Below, one piece after another: positions 35,290 through 48,530 of a stretch of DNA of 64,000 nt (position 1 is the stretch's first letter; each line of letters begins with the position of its first letter). The notes under the pieces are model-generated. The model saw only the letters and a program-made list of their open reading frames with translations. It ran no database searches and was not told where the DNA came from. Made by a program: the position numbers and the translations under genes. Source of the stretch: Callorhinchus milii (Eukaryota); contig NW_024704742.1 of NCBI RefSeq assembly GCF_018977255.1, positions 139,130,001-139,194,000 of the forward strand, read 5' to 3'.

Positions 35290-38256
35290 AACCTCAACCT
35301 ACACACTATTACCTAACTTACACATTGTATCTCAAACCTACAAAATGTAACCCTAACCTACAGACTGTAACTCTAATCTATACACTGTAACTCTAACCTA
35401 CACACTGTAACCCTATCCTACACACTGTAACTCTAAGCTACACACTGTAACTCTAACCTACACACTGTAACTCTAACCTACACACTGTAACTCAAACCTA
35501 CACATTGTAACTCTAACCTAAACACTGTAACTCTAACCTACACACTGTAACTATAACCTACACACTGTAATTCTAATCTACAGACTGTAACTCTAACCTA
35601 CACACTGTAACTCAAACCTACACATTGTAACTCTAACCTAAACACTGTAACTCTAACCTACACACTGTAACTATAACCTACACACTGTAATTCTAATCTA
35701 CACACTGTAAATCTAACCTACACACTGTAACCCAATCCTACACACTGTAACCCTATCCTACACACTGTAACTCTAATCTACACACTGTAACTCTAACCTA
35801 CACACTGTAACCCAATCCTACACACTGTAACTCTAAACTACACACTGTAACATTAACCTACAAACTATAATCCAATCCAAGGATTATTATTATTATTACA
35901 CACTGTAACTCTAACCTACACACTGTAACCCTATCCTACAAACTGTAACTCTAACCTACACACTGTAACCCTATCCTACACACTGTAACTCTAACCTACA
36001 CATTGTATCTCAAACCTACAAAATGTAACCCTAACCTACACACTGTAACTCTAATCTACACACTGTAACTCTAACCTACACACTGTAACTCTAACCTACA
36101 CACTGTAACTCTAACCTACACACTGTAACTATAACCTACACACTGTAATTCTAATCTACACACTGTAACTCTAACCTACACACTGTAACCCAATCCTACA
36201 CACTGTAACCCTATCCTACACACTGTAACTCTAATCTACACACTGTAACTCTAACCTACACACTGTAACTCTAACCTACACACTGTAACCCAATCCTACA
36301 CACTGTAACTCTGACCTAAACACTGTAACTCTAATCTACACACTGTAACTCTAACCTACACACTGTAACCCAATCCTACACACTGTAACTCTAATCTACA
36401 CACTGTAACTCTAACCTACACACTGTAACTCTAACCTACACACTGTAATTCTAATCTACACACTGTAACTCTAACCTACACACTGTAACCCAATCCTACA
36501 CACTGTAACCCTATCCTACACACTGTAACTCTAATTTACACACTGTAACTCTAACCTACACACTGGAACTCTAACCTACACACTGTAACTCTAATCTACA
36601 CACTGTAACTCTAACCTACACACTGTAACCCAATCCTACATACTGTAACTCTAAACTACACACTGTAACATTAACCTACAAACTGTAATCCAATCCTACA
36701 CACTGTAACCCTAACCTACACACTGTAACCCTATCCTACAAACTGTAACACTAACCTACAAACTGTAATCCAATCCTACACACTGTAACCCTAACCTACA
36801 CACTGTAACCCTATCCTACAAACTGTAACTCTAACCTACACACTGTAACCCTATCCTACACAATGTAACTCTAATCTACACACTGTAACTCTAACCTACA
36901 CATTGTAACGCTATCCTACACACTGTAACTCTAACCTACACACTGTAACCCTATCCTACACACTGTAACACTAACCTACACACTGTAACCCTATCCTACA
37001 CACTGTAACTCTAACCTACACATTGTAACTCTAACCTACACACTGTAACACTAACCTACACACTGTAACCCTATACGACACACTGTAACTCTAACCTACA
37101 AACTGTAACCTTATCCTACACATTGTAACTCTAATCTACACACTGTAACTCTAACCTACACACTGTAACTCTAATCAACACACTGCAACACTAACCTACA
37201 CACTGTATCCCTATCCTACACACTGTAACTCTGACCTACACACTGTAACTCTAATCTACACACTGTAACCCTATCCTACACACTGTAACTCTAATCTACA
37301 CACTGTAACTCTAACCTACACACTGTAACCCTATCCTACACATTGTAACTCTAATCTACACACTGTAACTCTAACCTACACATTGTAACTGTAATCTACA
37401 CACTGTAACACTAACCTACACACTGTAACCCTATCCTAAACATTGTAACTCTAATCTACACACTGTAACTCTAACCTACACATTGTAACTCTAATCTACA
37501 CACTGTAACTCTAACCTACACACCGTAACCCTATCCTACACATTGTAACTGTAATCTACACACTGTAACCCTATCCTACACATTGTAACTCTAATCTACA
37601 CACTGTAACACTAACCTACACACTGTAACCCTATCCTACACATTGTAACTCTAATCTACACACTGTAACTCTAACCTACACATTGTAACTAATCTACACA
37701 CTGTAACACTAACCTGCACACTGTAACTCTACCCTACACACTGTAACACTATCCTACACACTGTAACTCTAATCGACACACTGTAACCCTATACCACACA
37801 CTGTAACCCTACACTACACACTGTAACCCTATACTACACACTTACCCCTAGACTACACACTGTAACTCTACACTTCACACTGTAACCCTATACTACGCAC
37901 TTACCCCTAGACTACACACTATAACCCTAAGCTACACACTGTAACCCTATACTACACACTGTAACCCATGTCACTGTGCCTCAGTCTATCCCCACCCCCT
38001 AATCCTCACCTGCAGCTTGAGCCCATCCCCCTTTGCGCCTCCCCTAGCCTGAACCCCTCTCTCAGCCTAATCCCCTTCCCCAATGCCAGCAGTGACAGCC
38101 TGAGGCCCTTTGCCCCTGAGATAAAAGGCAGCGTGTCGCCTATATCACCCATTGCCCCCTCTGTGACAATATATAACCATATGGCCCCTGAACCCATTCG
38201 CATTGGGCTGAAATTGACCTACTGTTCCAAAGGTGAAAGGTCACCAGGCTATCCAT

Positions 38257-38735
38257 TGTGGCATCCTACAGCTTAGTAGTTAGAGCAATCACCTCGCAAG
38301 TGAGAGGATCTGGGCTCGATTCCTAGGCAGTGTGAAACCTCATGAAAATTTCCTTACCCCACACAAATGACACTGTTTATCTAGCAGTAAGTAGGAACCT
38401 GCTTGTTAGTCGATTGGTGGATCACTTTTCAACAACAACAACAACAACAAGATTCCATTTATTGAGCGCCTTTCACGTCGGGAGGATGTGAAAGGGTAAT
38501 AGCCAGGGTAATATTCCAGGGTAATTTCCAGGGTAATATTCCCTTCAAAATAAATTTGTAAGTAATAATAATATTTTGGTCACTGAATCCATGAGTCTTT
38601 GTGGGACGCTGCTGTGCGCAATTGGCTGCTGCGTTTCACCCACAAAGGATGCAGTCAATTCACTTTATAGTATGTTCTGTGAAGCAAGACATCTCAAAGT
38701 CATGATAAGGTGCTCCATCAAGGATTATTATTAGT
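38257..38735 (+). mobile_element. Older SINE variant with nested L2 tail (~38430-38490, minus)
   Basis: Diverged tRNA head; core GCTGTGCGCAATTGGCTGC; GGATTATTATT tail. Confidence 0.8.
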
Positions 38736-38811
38736 ATCATTATCACCAAACAACACAGCATCACCACACGCCATCCACATGCTCAGGCTGAGGAACAAGA
38801 AAGGTTCTTAC

Positions 38812-38968
38812 AGGAGACTGTGGTTGGGATCAGCTCTGGCTCCAAGTCTGGGGAGGGAATGTGCCAGGATTCTCTCAGGGTGAAGCTCTTCCTAGTGCTG
38901 GTAAGGGGTGAGCAGGAGACAGTACAGATGGACAACACAGCCAGCAACCCAGGCTTCCACAACTTCAT
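38812..38968 (-). CDS. GDNF: GDNF-like neurotrophic factor, first coding exon (signal peptide + pro-region)
   Basis: MKLWKPGLLAVLSICTVSCSPL signal peptide; TTTAAG-ATG-AAG-TT context as recalled for vertebrate GDNF; donor T|GTAAGA at 38811-38810 (phase 1, matches the last exon); candidate acceptor AG at 38995-38994; 157+479 = 636 nt = 211 aa + stop. Confidence 0.88.
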
Positions 38969-39067
38969 CTTAAACTTCTGGTTAATGAGCAACCTTCATG
39001 GGGACACAAAAACGCAGGGATTCAGAGCAAGCAGACAGCAAGAGGGAGCTGGTCTGACATTCAGAGC

Positions 39068-39460
39068 AACCACAACAACATCTTGCATTTACACAGCTCA
39101 CCTCACACAGGGTAGCATCTCTGAGTGCTTAACAGTGGTGGAGCATGATGCTGAGCCAGGGGAACGGGGAGGTGACCATAGGTATGGTCGAAGAGGAAGT
39201 TTTCAGGCATGACCTGAAAATGGGAAAGGAAGGGGCAAGGCAGAGGGTTTGAGGAAGAGAGTTCCAGAGTTTCGGGCCAGAGTGGCTGAAAACACAGCCA
39301 CCGATGGTGGAACAAAGGACATGAGGGACATGTAGGATCCCAAAACCGGTTAAGCAGAGGCAGTGTGTTGTGGAGTTGTTTGGGGAGGGGGCTAAGCAGG
39401 TCGGAGAGGTAGGGTGGTGCCAGGGCATGAAGGGATTTGAAGACTATTGAGAGGATTCCA
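39068..39460 (-). mobile_element. L2 subfamily C-like 3' fragment
   Basis: 'FKSLHALAPPYLSDLL'; CAA tail. Confidence 0.8.
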
Positions 39461-39812
39461 GTGTGTAAGAGCAAGGTCTTGCTCCAGGGTGAGGGAAACA
39501 AACATACCATTGGCTTAAATATGAGACAAGGGAGAGAAGAAAAAGATATCAAGGCGAAGAGCAATCAACTGCATAAGGGAACATACAGAGAGATAAAGGA
39601 CTAAACCCAGATTAGCAGATCAGAAAGCGGATCAGTAAAGGGAAATATTTCACTTTGATGAGAGAGTGTGAATTACCACATCAGTCACAAAGGCCAATGG
39701 ATGAAAAATTAGATAAATACCTGAATTTCAATGGACACCTCTGATAATAAAAAATAAATCTGCAATATATATAAGAAGCCAGAAAGAAGTGAGATGCACA
39801 CACAAACACATA

Positions 39813-40146
39813 CTTAGTGGTTAGAGCTCTGCCTCGCAAGCGAGAGGACCTGGGTTTGATTCCCGGCAGGGCAAAACTTTGGGCAAGTTTCCTTACTCCA
39901 CATGCATCTGTTTATCTAGCAGTAAGTAGGAATCCAGTTGTTAGTCGAGTGGTGGATCTCTTTTCCAGGGGTAATAACCCCTTCAGTAAAAATAAATGAT
40001 AATAATAATTTGGTCACTTAATCCATGATTGTGTGTGGGATACTGCTGTGCGCAATTAGCTGCCATGTTTCCTCCACAAAATATACAGGCAATTCATTTT
40101 ACAGTATATTCTGTGAAGCTCTTTGAGATGCCTCGAAGACATGAAG
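39813..40146 (+). mobile_element. Older tRNA-derived SINE
   Basis: Head with B box GGTTTGATTCC; core GCTGTGCGCAATTAGCTGCC. Confidence 0.82.
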
Positions 40147-40832
40147 ACCTCACTGTCTGGAACCTTGGTGTCTTGTTTGAACTTCAATTATCCTTTCTAC
40201 CCCACATCTGTGCCATGACTCGCTCTGCCTTCCCCACCTCCACAACATCACCCGGATCCACCACAGCCTCACTCCTCAGGCCATCAAGACCCTCATACAC
40301 GCATTCATCACAACTAGCATCAACTGTGCCAACTCCCGGCTTGTCGGCCTTCCCAAGGGCTCGAGGGGAGTTCCACAGTTTCGGGGGGTAGTGGCTGAAG
40401 GCACGGCCGCCGATGGTGGAGCGGAGGATTCGGGGGACGCGGAGGAGGCCGGAGCCAGTGGAGAGGAGGCAGCAGGTACTGCTGTGGGGAGAGAGGAGGT
40501 TAGAGAGAAGGGGGGCAAGGAATGGAGGGTTTAAACACTAGAGTGAGGATCTGGAAGTGGATCCGCTCTGTGACCGGAGCCAGTGGGGTTTGGCCAGGAC
40601 TGGAGTAATTGGGGACGGGGTTTGGTGCGGGTGCAAATGCGGGGGTTTGAATGAGCTGAATATTGTGAATAGTGGAGGAGGGGAGACCGACGAGGAGGGG
40701 GTTAAGAGTCATCCAACCGAGAGGTGACAAAGGCACAGACAAGGGTTTCGGCAGCTTTTGGGGTGAGGTAGTGTCAGAGATGGGAAATATGCCAGAGATG
40801 GGAGAAAGTGGGGCTGGTCAGGGACCGGATGT

Positions 40833-42739
40833 GTTGGAGGAATTGATTAAAGTATTGGTAGTGCGATATTCACGGGAGCACAATATAATTAGGCCAAGTC
40901 AACATGGCTTTACAAAAGGGAAGTCATGTTTGACAAACCTCATAAGAGATTTTTGAGGACATTTCCAGTAAACAAGATAAGGGTGAATCAGTGGATGTGG
41001 TCTGTTTGGACTTCCAGAAAGCATTCGATAAGGTGCCGCATAAAACGTTAGTCCAAAAGATAAGGGTCCATGGAATTGGGGGGAACATATTAACGTGAAT
41101 TGGGAAATGGTTAACGGGTAGGAAATAAAGTTTCCTGTGGAGTCCTGTAGCTCAGTGGTTAGAGCACTCGCTTTGCAAATGAGAGACCTGAGTTCAATCC
41201 CAGGCACGTCAGGGCGAAACCTTGGGCAAGTTTCCTTACTCCACACAGAGCCTAATAATAGTCCCTCCAAAAAACAAAAAACAATAATAAATTGGTCATT
41301 TTCAATCTACGACTGTTTCTGGGACATTGCTGTGTGCAATTGGCTGCCGCGTTCGCCCACAAAAATATACAGTCAATTCACTTTACAGTGTGTTCTGTGA
41401 AGCGCTTTGGGACGTCCTCCTGACGTGAAAAGTGCTATATCAAATGCAAGGATTATTATTATTATTATTATTATTATTATAAAGAGTAGGGATAAACGGG
41501 TCCTTTTCGGATTGGCGGGATGTGACTAGTGGAGTGCCAGAAGGATCAGTCCTTGGGCAGTAGCTATTTACCATCTACATCAATGATCTTGATGAGGACA
41601 TTGAAGTTAATATATCTAAATTCGCGGATGACACAAAACTAGGAGGAAGTGCCAACGCGGAGGACATTAAAAAATGCAGTGAGACATAGATAGGTTTGGT
41701 GATTGGGCAGGTAGGTGGCAGATGAAGTATAATGTAGGGAAGTGCGAAGTCATCCACCTCAGTAGCAAAAACAGTAGAGCGGGTTACTTTTTAGAAGGGG
41801 AGAGATTGGAAGGTGTTAGTGTCCAGAGGGACTTGGGTTCCTTGTACAACAATCACAGAAAGTTAGTTTGCGGTGCAGCAGCAATTAGGAAGGCGAACGG
41901 TATGTTAGCATTCATTATGAAAGGATTAGCGTATAAGAGTAGGGAAGTCTTACTGCAACTGTATAGGGCCCTGGTGAGACCACACCTGGAATACTGTGTG
42001 CAGCTTTGGTCTCCTTATTTAAGGAAGGATGTACTTGCCTTGGAGGGGGTGCAGAGTAGATTTACTAGGATAGTACCAGGGATGAAGGGGATGAGTTACG
42101 AGGATAGGCCGAACAATTTAGGCCTATATTCTCTAGAATATAGAAGAATTAGAGGGGATCTTATAGAAACCTATAAGATCATCAAAGGGCATAGAGTAGA
42201 TAGTGGGAGATTGTGTCCCCCGGTTGGAGAAACTAAAACCAGGGGTCACAACCTTAAAATCAGAGGCAGCCCTTTCGCACTGAGTTAAGGAAGAACTTCT
42301 TCACTCAAAGGGCAGTGAATGTATGGAACTCACTACCCCAAAGGGCTGTTGACGCTCAGTCCTTGAACATATTCAAGACAGAGATAGATATGTTTCTTAT
42401 TGCAAAAGGGATTAAGGGATATGGGGATAAGGCAGGGGGTTGGTGGGGGGAGGCTGGGGGAGGGGAGGCTGGGTGGGGGAGGCTGGGGGGGAGGCTGGGG
42501 AGTTGGGGGAGGCTGTTGGGGGAGCCTGGGGTGGGGTGGGGATATGGGATAAGGCAGGGTCAGATTATTAGCCGGAGTTAGATTAGAAGATCAGCCATGA
42601 TTGAATGGCAGGGCGGGCTCGAGGGACCAAATGGCCTACTCCTGCTCCTACATGTTATGTTATGCTATGTTATGTTATGTTATGTTATGTTATGTTATGT
42701 TATGTTATGTTATGTTATGTTATGTTATGTTATGTTATG
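40833..42739 (+). mobile_element. CR1 LINE 3' half with nested SINE and (TTATG)n tail
   Basis: 'SQHGFTKGKSCLTNL', ORF 41722-42288 'YRALVRPHLEYCVQ'; (TTATG)n 42652-42739. Confidence 0.92.
41137..41480 (+). mobile_element. tRNA-derived SINE
   Basis: Complete head, core and (ATT)n tail. Confidence 0.92.
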
Positions 42740-44301
42740 AAGGATAACTGGAGATCGAACCTGATGCCTAAGTTGCGCTCGGGTTCGGAGAGTTTTAAGG
42801 ACAGGTCGGATAGGTTGAAGAGGTCGGGACTGTGGGACAGAAGATGTCGGCAGGAGCCAAAGTGTATGGCTTCCGTCTTTTTGATGTTTAACTGCAGGAA
42901 ATTTGTGCTCATCCAGCTCCTGATGTCCGTCAGACAAGCTGACAGCACATCAGGGATTGGGAGTCACAGCTGGAGGGGGAAAAATGGAGTTGAGTGTCAT
43001 TCGCATCCATGAGGAAGTTAACTCCGTATCTGCGGATGACATCACCGAGAGGGAGCATAGAAGGGGCCAAGGATGGATCCTTGGGGTATCTACTCCCCAG
43101 GTGACTGGGTGGAAGCTCCAAGAAAAGCCATTTACAGAAATGTAGCGCTGGTGGTTTGTGAGGTAGGACTCGAATCTCACTGAGGTGGGTGATGGAGGAC
43201 AGGGTGGAGGAGGATGGCGTGATTGACTGTGTCAAACGTCCAGGAGCACGGGGAGGCAGAGGGAGCCATGGTCACATTATGAACAGGCGTTCTGAGCAGA
43301 GGGACAGAGAGCAAAAGAGAGCAGAGATATCGGAGAGGAAGGAGCCTGGGGGATTTGGGGGGACGGTGAACTAGGAAAATTTTGAGTGAGAGAGAGGAGG
43401 TGCTCAAATGAGGAGAAGCAGCCAGAGGAATAAAGTGATAGACCCAGGAAAGCTTGGGAAATGAAGGCTACCCCGTCCATTGGTGAGGGCAGGGGGGTGT
43501 GGTGGAAAGCGTAGCCAGGAGGGAAGGTTTCAACTAGGGGTACGGAGTCACTGGGGAAGAGCCAGGTTTTCGTAAGCCCAAAAATATCCATGTGCTCATC
43601 CAGGATGAGGTCATGGATAGTGAGGGCTTTATTGGAGAGGGAGCGGACATTTTGTAGGGAAATGTGGATAGGTTTGCTGGTCGGGATGGACGGAGGAGAG
43701 AGTGGTATGGAGAGGATTTGGGGTCTTGAGGGAGAAGTGACCAAGGAGTTTGAGGAGCAGGGAGAGCTGGGTAGGGTATGGCTGATGGCTGAGGAAGGGG
43801 AAGGCGTGTTTGCCTGTCGGAGGCAGTTGCTGCAGAGAGAGTGAGTAATGGGACAATTGGAGCAGCTGCTCTGAGACAACCAACGCCGGGAGCCACGATG
43901 GGCCCGGCAGAGGACGCCCAGTCTGAAGTAGTGGGAGGTAATGGTGGAGTCCAGGAGAGAGAGAAGGGGAGGAGGATGGTGGGAGGAGCAGATAGAGGGT
44001 GTAGGAGAAAGAGTATTTCAAGGGGGAGGGGGGAGGGTCGGGGCAGAGGCCAAAATGTGCAGAGACTGGGAGTGAGCGATCAGCACGACAGCATGAACCC
44101 GTGGCATCAGAAGACAGCATAGGCTGGCGAGGGGGAGAAGGGGGATGGCGGTCATGGCTTAGGTGCCAGAGACTGGGAGGGGAGAACAAGGCAGCGGAAG
44201 GATAATAGTATGGACTTACCCTACCCTGGCGGGTTTGAAACTGGTGTAACGAAGTGACATTACACTATACTTCCTGGCCTGATTTCAAAATGCTAACCCC
44301 A

Positions 44302-46169
44302 TATCATCAGTGTCCATGTAAGTATCAACATTAGCATCAGCATCAATATCAGTCTCAATATCAGTCTCAGTGTCAGTATCAGGGTCAGTGTCAGTGTCAG
44401 TGTGAATATCAGTATCAGTATGAGTATCAGTATTAATATTAATGTCAGTATCAGTATCAATTTTAATGTCATTATCAGTGTCAGTATAAGTATGAGAATA
44501 AGTGTCAGTATCAGTGTCAATATCAGTGTCAGTCTCAGTGTCAGTATCAGTATCAATGTCAGTGTCAGTATCAATGTCAGTGTCAGTATCAGTGTCATTG
44601 TCAGTAACAATGTAAATGTCAGTATCGGTGATAGTATCTGTTTCAGTATCAGTATAATTGTCACTATCAATGTCAGTATTAGTATCACTGTCAGTGTCAG
44701 TATCAATGTCAGTGTCAGTATCAGTGTCATTGTCAGTAACAATGTAAATGTCAGTATCGGTGATAGTATCTGTTTCAGTATCAGTATAATTGTCACTATC
44801 AATGTCAGTATTAGTATCACTGTCAGTTTCAGTTTCAGTGTCAGTGTCAGGATCAGTGTCAGTATCAATGTCAGTATCAGTTTCAGTGTAAGTGTCAGTA
44901 CCATTGTCAATATCAGTATCAGTAACAATATCAGTACCAGTATCAGTGTCAGTATCAGTATCTGTGTCAGTTTCAGTATCAGTGTCATTGTCAGTATCAA
45001 TGTCAGTATAAGTATCACTGTCAATGTCTGTATCAATATAAGTGTCAGCGTCAGTATCAGTGTCAGGGTCAGTAACATTTTCAGTATCAATATTAGTTTC
45101 AGTATCACTGTCAGTGTTATTGTCAGTATCAGTGCCAATATCAGTGTCAGTATGATTGTCAGTATTAGTGTCAGTATCAGTGTCAGTGTATAAGTATCAG
45201 TGTCAGTGTCAGTGTCAATGTCAGTATCATTGTCGGATTCAGTATTAGTATCAGTGTTAATGTCAATGTCAGTATCAGTATCAGTGTCAGTGTCAGTATC
45301 AGTGTCAGTATCAGTGTCAGTATCAGTGTCAGTTTCAGTGTCAGTTTCAGTGTCAGTTTCAGTGTCATTGTCAGATTCAGTATTAGTATCAGTGTTAATG
45401 TCAATGTCAGTATCAGTGTCAGTATCAGTATCAGTGTCAGTATCAGTGTCAATGTCAGTATCAGTGTCAGTATCAGCGTCAGTGTCAATGTCAGTATCAG
45501 TGTCAGTATTCGTTTCAGTGTCAGTATCAATGTCTGTATCTGTGGCAGTGTCATTGTCAGTATCTGTGTCAATATAAGTGTCAGTATCAGTGTCTCTGTC
45601 AGTATCAATGTCAAGGTCAGTATCATTATTAGTATCAGTGTCAGTGTCAGCATCAGTGTCAGTATCAGTGTCTCTGTCAGTGTCAGTGTCACTATCAGTG
45701 TCAGATTCAATATTAGTATCAGTGTTAATGTCAATGTTAGTATCAGTGTCAGTATCAGTGTCAGTACTCGTTTCAGCGTCAGTATCAGTGTCAGTATCAA
45801 TGTCTGTATCTATGACAGTGTCAATGTCAGTATCAATGTCAGTACCAGTGTTAGTTCCAGTGTCAGTATTATTATCAGACTCAGTATGAAAATCAATGTC
45901 AGTGTCAGCATCAGTATCAGCATCAGTATCAGTGTCAGTACTGGTATCAGTGTCAGTATCAGTGTCAGTATTAGTATCAGTGTCAGTATCAGTATCATTG
46001 TCAGTATCAGCGTCTGTATCAGTATCACTGTCAGTGTCAGTATCAATATCAATGACATTATCAGTGTTAGTGTCAGTATCAATGTCAGTGTCAGTGTCAG
46101 CTTCAGTGTCAGTATTAGTTTTAGTGTTAGTATCAGTGTCAGTATCAATGTCAGTGTCAGTATCAGTGT
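44302..46169. repeat. Degenerate hexamer array (TCAGTG/TCAGTA)n
   Basis: ~1.9 kb of TCAGTR with internal block duplications. Confidence 0.95.
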
Positions 46170-46574
46170 GGAGTATCATTGGCTCATACTCTGGATTGTC
46201 AGACATTCCTTATGCAGTCTATTTATTACCAGGAGAACTAACAGGAAGAGTGATAGCGATGATGAAGCTGCCAGGAGTAGTTACATTGTGTCTCACGTTG
46301 TGTTCACAGTTATGGAGACTGTTAGTATTAGGGTAAAATATCAGACTTGTTGTGTACCGTTAGCCTTGTTGGGCCAGTGCTGGCAACTCGTCGGGTTTCC
46401 CGCTTGAGCATTCCTGTAGCTGCTCCAGTCAGTCAGTCTGTGTCCTCCTCAGATTCAGTATAAACACAGAATACCAGCTACAAGGGGCCCAAGCCCCTCA
46501 CACACTAAATACAAACCATTCCACATATGTTCTGCTGAAACTCTACAGCTGCCTTCTCATAATTGCAGGGCGTG

Positions 46575-48530
46575 TGCGCACACACACTCACACACAAACT
46601 TTCACACACACATACTTTCACACACACACGCACTCACAGACACACACTCACAGACACACTTTCACACACACACACACATGCTTACACATACTTTCACACA
46701 CACACTTTCATACACAAACACACTCACACAAACTCACACACACTCACACATATAAATTCTTCACACACACTTACACACACATTCACATACTCACACCCAC
46801 ATGCTCATACATATACTCTCACACACATTCTCACACTCACTCACACACTTTCACATACACACTTTCACACACCCATATTCTCTCACACAGACACACACGC
46901 ACTCACACAAACACATTCATATATTCACACTCACACACACTCTCTCACACATTCTCTTACATTCTCTCATACAAAAACACACTCTCTAACACACACTCTC
47001 CCACACACTCACTCTCACTCACACACTCACACTCTCAAACTCTCTCTCACACAAAAACACACACTCTCTCACACACACTATCTCTCCACACTCTCTCACT
47101 CACACACACTCACTCACAGACACACACTCTCACACAGTCATACTCACACTCTCTCACACACCACTCTCATATACACACACCCTTACACACCACTCTCACA
47201 TAAACACGCACACTCACACACACATTCACATACTCCCACACCCACACTCTCACACACACTCTCTCTTACACAAAAACACACTTTCTAACACACACGCTCA
47301 CACACTCACAAACACAGATACACACACAGACACACTCACACACACACTCTCAAAAACACACACACTCACACACACTCTGACACACACATTCACACACACA
47401 CTCACACACACATTCACATTATCTCGCACACACATTCACACACTCTCACATACACTCACACACTGCACATTCACATACTCACACACATTATCACACACAT
47501 ACTCTCACACACACTCTCACACAAACACGCACACTCACACATTCTCACACACACATTTACATACTCACACACCCACACTTTCTCTCATACAAAAACACAC
47601 ACTCTCTAACACACATTCTCACACACACTTACACACACACTCACACACATACACACTCTCTCACACACTGTCACACACACACTCTCAAAAACACACACTC
47701 ACACACACTCACACACTTTTGACACACATTCACACAAAAACGCACTCAAACGCACACTCTCACACACTCTCACACATTCTCTCACACACACAGTCTCACA
47801 CACTTACACACACATTCTCACACACACACTCTCACACACACGCTTTCTCAAAAACACACACTCAAAAACACACACACACTTTCACACACACTCACACACA
47901 TACACTTTCACACACACTCACACACATACACTATCACACACACTATCACATACACACCCACACACACTCTCACACACTCTCTCTCACACAAAAACACACT
48001 CACACATTCTCTCACACACAGTCTCACACACTCACACACACACACTCTCAAAACACACACTCTCAAAAACACACCCTCACACACACTCTCACACACACTC
48101 TCTCTCACACACACTCTCTCTCATACATTCTCTCACACACAAACACATTATCACTCTCACACTCACATGCACACACTCACGTGTACACACTCACACGCAC
48201 TGTCACTCACTCACACTCATACACACACTCACACAGGTCTCGCACACACACCCACAGTCTCGCACACACACCCACAGTCTCGCACACTCACCCACAGTTT
48301 CACACACAGACCCACAGTCTCACACACAGACCCACAGTCTCACACACAGACCCACAGTCTCACACAGACCCACAGTCTCACACACAGACCCACAGTCTCA
48401 CATACAGACCAGACCCACAGTCTCACACACAGACCTACAGTCTCACACACACACCCACATGCACAGGCACACACATTCATGGTCACACATACACATGTTC
48501 ACACACGCACAAACACACTCTCAAACACAT
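46575..48530. repeat. CA/CT-rich low-complexity array, ending in ~18-20-bp CACACAGACCCACAGTCT units
   Basis: Direct inspection. Confidence 0.95.

Larger units (their letters stand above)
4158..37967 (+). repeat. Telomere-like 20-bp satellite (consensus ACACTGTAACCCTAACCTAC), interrupted by many TEs
   Basis: Hundreds of units, all C-rich on +; degenerate 20/26-bp units from 4158 to 34515; homogeneous 20-mer array 35340-37700. Confidence 0.95.
40365..44190 (-). mobile_element. L2 element incl. ORF2 N-terminal APE region, internally deleted, split by CR1
   Basis: 'ISLQNVRSLSNKA..IHDLI....DIFGLTKTWL' in ORF 43277-43879; 40832 and 42740 are nearly contiguous by comparison with 23295-23340. Confidence 0.8.

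Noticed and set aside
35340..37700. CRISPR-like array or recursive splice sites in the satellite
   Set aside because: Pure tandem repeat with no unique spacers in a vertebrate genome; the AG|GT motifs lack polypyrimidine tracts
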